Below, in pieces: positions 53,880 through 64,000 of a stretch of DNA of 64,000 bases. Under the pieces are notes generated by a model. That model saw only the letters and a program-made list of their open reading frames with translations. It was not told the origin of the DNA and searched no databases. Every line of letters starts with the position of its first letter. Position 1 is the first letter of the stretch. This stretch comes from Octopus vulgaris. Its lineage: Eukaryota. The translations under genes were made by a program, and so were the position numbers. The stretch lies in assembly GCA_951406725.2 (NCBI GenBank), contig OX597835.1, positions 10,540,001 through 10,604,000 of the forward strand. The letters run 5' to 3'.

Positions 53880-54050
53880 TACAGATGTGGTGTGCTAGAG
53901 AGACGATTGCACTGGTATGGCCATGTGTTGCATATGGATGAGGACAGCTGTGTGAAAAAGTGTCACACCCTAGCAGTAGAGGGTACCTGTGGAAGAGGTA
54001 GATCCAGGAAGGCCTGGGATGAGGTGGTGAAGCATGACCTTCAAACACTC
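53880..54050 (+). mobile_element. RTE LINE C-terminal fragment
   Basis: RRLHWYGHV..M...VEG..GRGRSRKAW. Confidence 0.8.
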
Positions 54051-54186
54051 TCTTTGCCACTTCCTCTTTCTTGTTGCTATTACTTTCTCTCACTCCCTCT
54101 CTGTCATGGCTATTACTCTCACTACTCCTCCTTCACTGAATTTTGGACAACTATATAAAAACACTATACTCAAAATCCATTAGGAG

Positions 54187-54228
<42 letters not shown>

Positions 54229-54266
54229 CTTCTTCTTCTTCTTCTTCTTCTTCTTCTTCTTCTTCT

Positions 54267-54298
<32 letters not shown>

Positions 54299-54765
54299 TT
54301 CTTCTTCTTCTTCTTCTTCTAAACATGCTGGAGAAAATGTTTAGCTGTATTTTATCTGTTTTTACATTCTGAGTTCAAATGCTGTTAAGGTTGACTTTAC
54401 CTTTCATCCCTTACGGGTCAATAAAATAAAGTACTGGTTGTGTACATGGGTCAATGGTATCAACTAGCCCCCTTACACCCAAAATATCAGGCCCATGCAA
54501 AAATCATTAGCACATCAAACAAATTGCTTCATGTTCTGAGTTCAAATTCCACCCAGGTTGACTTTGCCGTTCATTGTTTTGGAGTTGATAAAATAGAGTA
54601 CCAGTTAAATATTGGGGGGTGATATAACTGACTAGACCTTATTCCCATAAAATTTCAGGCCTTGTTCCTGTGGTAGGAAGGGTCATCATTGTTATTATTA
54701 ATAACGTTTCTCCCATTCTTTTATAAAATATTTTTGAAAAAAATCCTAATTTTTCTTTCCTGCAG

Positions 54766-54877
54766 ATTCTTCAGTTCCCGCCTCACTTAGTATCTTTTGT
54801 CCAAGTACGAGGGTCAGTTCCCGTCTTTTGGAGTCAGTCAGGGTTCAAATATCGGCCTCCACCACGCCTAGAAAAAG
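54766..54877 (+). CDS. INPP5F: INPP5F-like exon, 112 nt, [37 protein letters not shown]
   Basis: tttcctgcag acceptor, AAG|gtaagt donor; SFVQxRGSVPxFWxQ motif. Confidence 0.95.
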
Positions 54878-54938
54878 GTAAGTCACTTGGTACCTTCCTT
54901 GGACTGTTGTCCTTCATTTAATTTCTTGTTTGGCATTG

Positions 54939-54974
<36 letters not shown>

Positions 54975-55158
54975 TATATATTATATGTATATATATATAT
55001 GTATGTGTATATGTATATATATATATATATGTATGTATAAATATGTGTATGTATATACTAATGTATGTATGTTTGTACGTACGTATGTATACGTACGTAT
55101 GTATGTATATATATATATATATGTATGTATGTATATATATGTATGTATGTATGTATGT

Positions 55159-55201
<43 letters not shown>

Positions 55202-55284
55202 CATATATATGTATATATGTACATATATATGTATGAATATATATATGTATATATATACATATATGTATGTACATATATATATGC

Positions 55285-55336
<52 letters not shown>

Positions 55337-55362
55337 GTATATATATATATATACACACACAC

Positions 55363-55398
<36 letters not shown>

Positions 55399-56357
55399 GT
55401 GTGTGTGTGTGTGTGTGTGTTTTTGGGTCTTACTTTTCAGGTAATACTGTTGGTTTTGTGTATGTGTGCGCATGTATGAATGTGTGTATATGTGTGGTTG
55501 TATATGTGTGGTTTTTACATGTATGATTGTATACATGTCCATACATGTGAGAAGGTCGCATGCACAGATATGTGCATGTGCACATGTGCGTTTCCTCTTT
55601 TTTTATTTTTTCCGAAATATTCCCATTGCGTATCTGATTTTCTCTTTTTGCTTAGATGCGCATGTTGTTGCACACCGTTTGTGCATTTATGACCGTTTTT
55701 CTTTTTTTCACATTTTCACTGAAATTTTTTTTCCTCTTTGCTCTCTCGTGCCTGTGTGCATGCGCGTACGCATACACGTTTATCTACATGTATGTATACG
55801 CGTGTTTGTGCACACATATGCGCTTTTATTTTTTTTTTACAGGTTTTTTTTCCCCCCCCATTTTCCTACCTTGCTTCTACTGTCAATTATTCTCCGTTCT
55901 TTTTAATTGGATACACCATAGCAACACTAATTTAAACGTAACTGCTGTGAACATATTTCATCGCCGTTTTTTTTTTTCCGCATTCATCTTCGTGGAAACA
56001 TCGATGTTGGTGGCCTTCGTGGAAGTACACCAGCTCGACTGCAAATGTGTTGAAAGCAATTATACTTGTTCTTATCTTCGGCTGCAGTTAACAAAAAAAT
56101 TTCTCTCTCTTGGTGCAGGGCAACCAGTGGATGGTATAAAACATATAAAGAACCGTGTGCAGAAGCACGGTGAGATGTGGGTGCCGAATGTTGTACTTTT
56201 GTAGAGGTTGTTTTAAGAATATGTTGAGTGCAAAACATTTGTTTTGGTGCAAAGCGTTCATTTTTGCACTGTTTTTTTGTCTGTTTGTCTGAGTGCAACA
56301 ACAGTGAGAGAAAACAGAAGAGTCTTTGAGAAGACAAGGGATTGTGAAGTGGGGAAA

Positions 56358-57375
56358 TGGTGATGGCTGTTGGGTGGTGGGGACAGGGTGATGGTTGTTG
56401 GGTGGTGGGGATGGGTTGATGGTTGTGTTGGGTGGTGGGGACAGGGTGATGGTTGTGTTGGGTGGTGGGCACATGGTGATGGTTGTGTTGGGTGGTGGGC
56501 ACGTGGTGATGGTTGTGTTGGGTGGTGGGCACGTGGTGATGGTTGTATTGGGTGGTGGGCACATGGTGATGGTTGTGTTGGGTGGTGGGCACGTGGTGAT
56601 GGTTGTGTTGGGTGGTGGGCACGTGGTGATGGTTGTGTTGGGTGGTGGGCACGTGGTGATGGTTGTGTTGGGTGGTGGGGACGAGGTGATGGTTGTGTTG
56701 GGTGGTGGGCACATGGTGATGGTTGTGTTGGGTGGTGGGACGGGTTGATGGTTGTGTTGGTTGGTGGCGACAGGGTTGATGGTTGTGTTGGGAGGTGGGA
56801 ATGGGTTGATGGTTGTGTTGGTTGGTGAGGACGGGGTGATGGTTGTGTTGGGTGGTGGGGACAGGGTAATGGGTGTGTTGGGTGGTGGGCATGTGGTGAT
56901 GGTTGTGTTGGGTGGTGGGCACGTGGTGATGGTTGTGTTGGGTGGTGGGCACGTGGTGATGGTTGTGTTGGGTGGTGGGGACGAGGTGATGGTTGTATTG
57001 GGTGGTGGGCACATGGTGATGGTTGTGTTGGGTGGCGGGGACGGGTTGATGGTTGTGAGGGGAGGTGGGAATGGGTTGATGGTTGTGTTGGTTGGTGGGG
57101 ACGGGGTGATGGTTGAGTTGGGTGGTGGGGACGGGGTGATGGTTGTGTTGGGAGGTGGGGACAGGTTGATGGTTGTGTTGGGAGGTGGGGACGGGTTGAT
57201 GGTTGTGTTGGGTGGTGGGGACAGGTTGATGGTTGTGTTGGGTGGTAGGGATGGGTTGATGGTTGTGTTGGGTGGTGGGGACAGGGTGATGGTTGTGGTG
57301 GGGATGGGTTGATGGCTGAGTTGAGTGGTGGGACAGGGTGATGGTTGTTGGGTGGTGGACATGGGTTTATGGTTG
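56358..57375. repeat. G-rich 30-bp minisatellite, about 30 copies
   Basis: ggtggtgggcacgtggtgatggttgtgttg and variants. Confidence 0.95.
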
Positions 57376-57846
57376 TGTGGTTGTTGAGTGTTAGGGATGT
57401 GGTTGTCCATATATGGAGACGCAATGCTAGAAGATGGCACATTTTCTTACTGATTGGGGGAAAATGTGCACCCTGCCCACTGCTTGTGGACGGTATCTTT
57501 AAAAGAGAATAGGGACAACCCTTATCTTGGGACAATGGTGTCATAGTTCAGAATATTGGATGTTACCAACATAATAACAAACTATTAAAAGTAAATTAAT
57601 GAGATAATCCATGTTATTGACTTTCCTGTCTTATGTCAGGAGGGGAAAATTGATGATGTTCATAATTATAATAATGGTTTCAAATTTTGGCACAAGGCCA
57701 GCAATTTTAGGGGAGTAGGGTACGTTATTTTATATTGACCCCTAATGCTCAATTGGTACTTGTTTCATTGACTCTAAATAGATGAAAGGAAAAGATGACA
57801 TTGGCAGAATTTGAAGTGAGGACACAACGATGTATGATGATAGTAA

Positions 57847-57890
<44 letters not shown>

Positions 57891-58104
57891 TAATAATAAT
57901 AATCCTTTCTACTATAGGCAGAAGGCCTGAAATTTTCGGTGAGAGGACTAGTTGATTAAATTGACCCCAGTGTTTCACTGGTACTTGATTTATTGACCCC
58001 GAGAGGATGAAAGGCAAAGTCAACCTTGGCGGGATTTGAACTCAGAATATAGCAACCACTAAGTATTTCGTCCAGCATGCTAACGATTCTGCCAGCTTGC
58101 TGCC

Positions 58105-58137
<33 letters not shown>

Positions 58138-58742
58138 GCAACAGCAACAACAATAATAGTCATTGTGATGATGTTGATGATGATGATGCTGATGCTAATT
58201 TTAATTATATTTACTTTGAGTGGTTAGAGAGAAAATACCCAAAAGGATTTTGTATGACATTAAGAACATCAGCAACATAACCACGAGGTATGTGTTCAGC
58301 GCCATCTGTTGGCTATGGCAATGAATTCTTTGACAAGAATCCTTATAGTATAAAGATTCTAATCTATAGACTCGGGTTGCGGATTGCAGGTAGGAATGTT
58401 CCTGGCTTTCTTGGGAATTTCTGATTGAGAATTTCTGTGTCATCCGCATCATGGTTTCATACTAAAGCATCGTCAAGGAATTTAATTCTGTGAGATGCCT
58501 GATTGGTGGGAGGAGATGACGAGTTCGTTATGAAGGTTGGTAGGAGGGGATGACAGCCTCGTTAGGACGATTTATGTGAAACTTACAAGTGACATGCATT
58601 CTGCCTGCAGACTCAAACATTTGATGCATTTTCTTTCCTTGATTTTGCAAAGAACCAATGTTTTTTTTTGTGTGGTTTTTATTATTGTTTTATTCTTTTC
58701 AATAGTCTTTTTCTTTATGAATAACACACACACAAAAACACC

Positions 58743-58801
<59 letters not shown>

Positions 58802-59060
58802 GTGTATATATATATGTATATAAACCATACATAGTTTGTATGTATGTGCATATGTGAATGTGTAACTACATATACATGCATGTGCACACACACATATATA
58901 TCACTGTACATGTATATATTTATTGATATGTACATGTGTGTATTTATATATATATATACACACACACATACATACACATATATAAATGTATGCTGTTGAT
59001 ATATGCATATATATATATATATGTATGTATGTATGTATTTAGTATGTATGTGAATATGTA

Positions 59061-59099
<39 letters not shown>

Positions 59100-59293
59100 G
59101 AATGTGCATATATGTGTGTATATATGTATATTTATATATGTGCATGTCTATATATGTGTGTATATATACATATGTATCTCAAACCTAATTTGGTGTCCTT
59201 GATATTAAAATACCTTGATTCAAATGAATCGTAGGAAAAATTATATATATATATATATATATCTGTATATGTATTTGTTGACATGTACATCTA

Positions 59294-59331
<38 letters not shown>

Positions 59332-59403
59332 CTTATCTATCTATATAGCTACATATATATATATAAATACATACATACATACATACATACATACATACAT
59401 ACA

Positions 59404-59439
<36 letters not shown>

Positions 59440-59467
59440 TATATATACATACATACATACATACATA

Positions 59468-59536
<69 letters not shown>

Positions 59537-59877
59537 AAATTATAATTAAAGGTATCTAAAAGATACCACCATGCTAGATATAGCAGCCAATAATGTTTTT
59601 GCTAGTTTATTTTGTCTCTTTGTCTTCTCTCCTGGTGCTGTATGAACATTTAATGTGGTTTTAGACTCAAGTTTTGGCTGCTATATCTAGCATTGTGGTA
59701 TCTTTTAGATACTCTTAATTATAATTTTAATAATAATTATTACCTACGAGGTTTTTATTCTCATGCTAGCCACCTGATATGATCAGTATTTTAAATAACG
59801 ATGTTATCCTTATTTATGTAAATTTATATATATATATATAACTACATAAATAATAGTTTTTGTATATCATATATTGT

Positions 59878-60232
59878 GGCACTCCGTCGGTTACGACGAC
59901 GACGAGGGTTCCAATTGATCGGATCAACGGAACAGCCTGCTCGTGAAATTAACGTGTAAGTGGCTGAGCACTCCACAGACATGTGTATCCTTAACGTAGT
60001 TCTCTGGGATATTCAGCGTGACGCAGAGTGTGACAAGGCTGACCCTTTGAAATACAGGTACAACAGAAACAGGAAGAAAGAGTGAGAGAAAGTTGTGGTG
60101 AAAGAGCCTGCCAGAGCCACACGGAGCTTTAGGTGTTTTTGCTCATTAAACACAACACCAAGTCTGGGAATTGAAACTGCAATCCTATGACTGTGAGGCC
60201 ACTGCCCTAACCACTGGGCCATTGGGCCTCCA
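59878..60232 (-). mobile_element. SINE family 2
   Basis: Reverse complement of 24699-25080 with an internal deletion. Confidence 0.8.
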
Positions 60233-60466
60233 CACACAAATATGTGTGTGTGTGTGTGTGTATACATACATACATACATATACATACATATATAATTAAT
60301 CCGAAGACTGTGGTCCCGTTGTTTTTCTTCTTTTTTTGCCATATGTGAGTTACAAATATTGTTGTCTATGGAGACTTATTTTTGTAGTAAAAGAAATAGT
60401 AGTCCTTTGGCTGCTATTTCTAATATTTTCGGTATGTGGTTTAAGCAACTTGTTGCAAAAAACCCT

Positions 60467-60552
<86 letters not shown>

Positions 60553-60649
60553 CGGGAAGCTTTATGAAAATAAACAAAAGACGAAGGCAGGTGGAAAACA
60601 AACGAACAATTGTATTAGTATGGCGCTCAGGAAATATAAATAAAACAAG

Positions 60650-60687
60650 TCTTTAACGTTTCGAGCCTACGCTCTTCAACAGAAAGA
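60650..60687 (-). ncRNA. Degenerate minimal hammerhead-like motif
   Basis: Minus strand tcttt-CTGTTGA-a-GAGC-gtag-GCTC-GAAACGTT-aaaga; core has T for A. A more decayed relative lies at 27470-27504 (-). Confidence 0.45.
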
Positions 60688-61074
60688 TACACAGAGAGAG
60701 AAAAACACAGAAAGAAGGAGAGAAAAAAATGCGTGCAGTAGCTAACGAATCATTATATTAAATTAGAGACAAAACCACTATTAGGCAAATCATACAATGA
60801 TAAACTTAAGCCAATACATAAAATTATTTAATTTATTATTCAAATATATAACAAAATTATAAAAAAATATATTAATTATATTTTTTTAATAATTTTGTTA
60901 TATATTTAAATAATATAAATTAGATAATTTTATGTATTGGCTTAAGTTTTTCATTGTATGATTTGCCTAATAGTGGTTTTGTCTCTAATTTAATATAATA
61001 TAATATTTTACTATAAAATTGGATTCAATCCTAAATCTGATTTTTCCCTGTAAGTTTGGATTTATTCCCTAATA

Positions 61075-61420
<346 letters not shown>

Positions 61421-61974
61421 ATATACAAATAGAAAGAGAGAGAGAGAGGTGTATATATCTGTGTGTTTAAAGTCTTTGTATAATTTTGAAATTTATTGCA
61501 TTAAAATTTGAAAAACTTGTCCAATTCTTGTCACCATGGAAGTTTCTGTGAGGTGCCAAACTGATTTAGGAGCTACTCCTCCACTTCTATCCACATACCA
61601 AAATTCAATCAGTTGATTATGTTAATGTAATATCAGTTCTCAGAATTTATAAGTGAAATTCAGGTGTCAATATTTCTTGTGTGTTTTTTTTTTTAATGTT
61701 GATTCTATTTATCTGTGTCTAAATTAGATACATTGGAGCTGATTTAATTTAGCTGGAATAATTCTGTTATGAGAAAACTCATCAAGGAATTTTTCACTGC
61801 TCATGATGTGTGTCTTACAGAAGTGATCTCCTCTTGTGTAACTCTTCTGTGTTTGTTGTCAGTTCTAATCACAGAGTGCAGGTTGAAGATGTTCCTTACT
61901 GAGGGTCCCAGGCAGATTTAACTCCCTCTTGTGGTTGTGTTTGTCGGATTGAAGTATAAAGTATATTTGGGGTG

Positions 61975-62290
61975 TGAGATTCCATGGACAGCGAGGCTCA
62001 CCAATGGAGAAGTTCTTAAGCAGATCAGGCCGAAAATGTCGCTAGAAGCTAGGATCACCAAGCATATTTCGGTCATATTATGCAGAGAAAATCCCTGGAG
62101 AAGGACATCATGCTCGGAATGGTCAGTGGCAAGAGAGGAAGAGGCCGACCAAGAACCTGCTGGCTTGACACCTTCAAGAGGGATACCAGAATGGACTTAG
62201 CCAATCTGAAAGAAGCGGCCCAGGATAGAACTGACTGGAGGACACTGATCCAATGAGTGACCGAGAGTCGACTTCGGCTGAGCGGATAGA
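61975..62290 (+). mobile_element. RTE (Bov-B-like) LINE 3' end
   Basis: IPWTAR.TN..VL, FGHIM...SLEKDIMLG.V.G.R.RGRP...WLD, AAQDRTDWR. Confidence 0.85.
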
Positions 62291-62674
62291 GAGATAGGGG
62301 TGTGAGTGAGGGCAATTGGTTTTTAGTTTAATTCTTTAGCATTCAAATTATTTTGCCATATGTAATGATTGTTTATTCTTATTGTTTTGAGTTTATCATG
62401 GGTTATCTTGTAGCTTCGAGATTTCAAATCTGTGATTGTGTTTTATGAATGGCAGTGTAGGGTAGGTGGGAGAAGTAAGATTTGGCCAGTTTGAACATAA
62501 ACGAGGAAGAATATTTGGTCTGGACTTGACTGGTTGAAATGTTAAAGGGTTAAATGAAGAGGGGAAAAAAAGGGCCTCGTAGGAAAAAAATATAAACTTA
62601 ATTTTCAGTACAAAAATAGCTCTTGAGGTAGCAAACATAATATTGTGGGGTAGGAGTGAGTGCGTATGTGTGTG

Positions 62675-62714
<40 letters not shown>

Positions 62715-62739
62715 CGCGCGTGTGTGTGTGTGTGTGTGT

Positions 62740-64000
62740 GTGTCTTTGGATGTATATGTGTGAGTGTGTGTGTGTCTTTGGATGTATATGTGTGAGTGTG
62801 TGTTTATGTGTGTATGTGTGTGTCTTTGGATATATATGTGTGAGTGTGTGTGTATGTGTGTATGTGTGTGTCTTTGGATGTATATGTGTGAGTGTGTGTG
62901 TATGTGTGTGTCTTTGGATATATATGTGTGAGTGTGTGTGTATGTGTGTATGTGTGTGTCTTTGGATGTATATGTGTGAGTGTGTGTGTATGTGTGTGTC
63001 TTTGGATATATATGTGTGAGTGTGTGTGTATGTGTGTATGTGTGTGTCTTTGGATGTATATGTGTGAGTGTGTGTGTATGTGTGTGTCTTTGGATGTATA
63101 TGTGTGAGTGTGTGTGTATGTGTGTATGTGTGTGTCTTTGGATGTATATGTGTGAGTGTGTGTGTATGTGTGTGTCTTTGGATGTATATGTGTGAGTGTG
63201 TGTGTATGTGTGTGTCTTTGGATGTATATGTGTGAGTGTGTGTGTATGTGTGTATGTGTGTGTCTTTGGATATATATGTGTGAGTGTGTGTGTATGTGTG
63301 TATGTGTGTGTCTTTGGATGTATATGTGTGAGTGTGTGTGTATGTGTGTGTCTTTGGATGTATATGTGTGAGTGTGTGTGTATGTGTGTGTCTTTGGATG
63401 TATATGTGTGAGTGTGCGTGTATATGTGTATGTGTATGTCTTTGGATGTATATGTGTGAGTGTGTGTGTATGTGTGTGTCTTTGGATGTATATGTGTGAG
63501 TGTGCGTGTATGTGTGTATGTGTGTGTCTTTGGATGTATATGTGTGAGTGTGCGTGTATATGTGTATGTGTGTGTCTTTGGATGTGAGTGTGTGAGTGTG
63601 TGTGTATGTGTGTGTCTTTGGATGTGAGTGTGTGTGTGTGTGTGTGTATGTGTGTGTCTTTGATGTATATGTGTGTGTGCGTGTATGTGTGTATGTGTGT
63701 GTCTTTGGATGTATATGTGTGAGTGTGTGTGTATGTGTGTGTCTTTGGATGTATATGTGTGAGTGTGCGTGTATATGTGTATGTGTGTGTCTTTGGATGT
63801 GAGTGTGTGAGTGTGTGTGTATGTGTGTGTCTTTGGATGTGAGTGTGTGAGTGTGTGTGTATGTGTGTGTCTTTGGATGTATATGTGTGAGTGTGCGTGT
63901 ATATGTGTATGTGTGTGTCTTTGGATGTATATGTGTGAGTGTGTGTGTATGTGTGTATGTGTGTGTCTTTGGATGTATATGTGTGATATGTGTGTGTGTG
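62740..64000. repeat. TG-rich minisatellite, ~40-48-bp units
   Basis: gtgtctttggatgtatatgtgtgagtgtgtgtgtat repeated to the window end. Confidence 0.95.

Noticed and set aside
55933-56081. Possible antisense terminal exon (PKIRTSIIAF...SSYV*) in CpG-rich unique sequence
   Set aside because: Weak polypyrimidine tract and no recognisable homology; needs RNA data.
55984-57544. 342-450 aa mucin-like ORFs on the minus strand
   Set aside because: A 30-bp minisatellite open in all frames; no convincing unique coding flanks.
58500-58600. BEL/Pao-like GDDSLVRTIYVK fragment
   Set aside because: Too short and unsupported by other motifs.

Overview
Eukaryotic, AT-rich, repeat-saturated DNA, most likely from an octopod cephalopod (inferred from the SINE families and microsatellite load, not proven). 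The window lies inside one + strand gene for a SAC-domain phosphoinositide phosphatase (INPP5F/Sac2-like). Five confident GT-AG exons (17352-17396, 18670-18849, 23111-23303, 46520-46587, 54766-54877) splice in frame, and there is one weaker upstream candidate. Almost all long ORFs in the track are microsatellite artefacts. The introns hold tRNA-derived SINEs, CR1/RTE/R4 LINE 3' ends, mariner relics, TTAA MITEs and minisatellites. The most notable unannotated signal is a set of minimal type I hammerhead-ribozyme motifs of the Penelope-like-element (PLE) kind, sitting in foldback insertions, mostly beside (TA)n tracts. One is a tRNA-headed SINE with a hammerhead tail, inserted as a palindrome with a 14-bp TSD. 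The three motifs with intact cores are all on the sense strand of the pre-mRNA. All calls were made by eye; no search or folding program was run.
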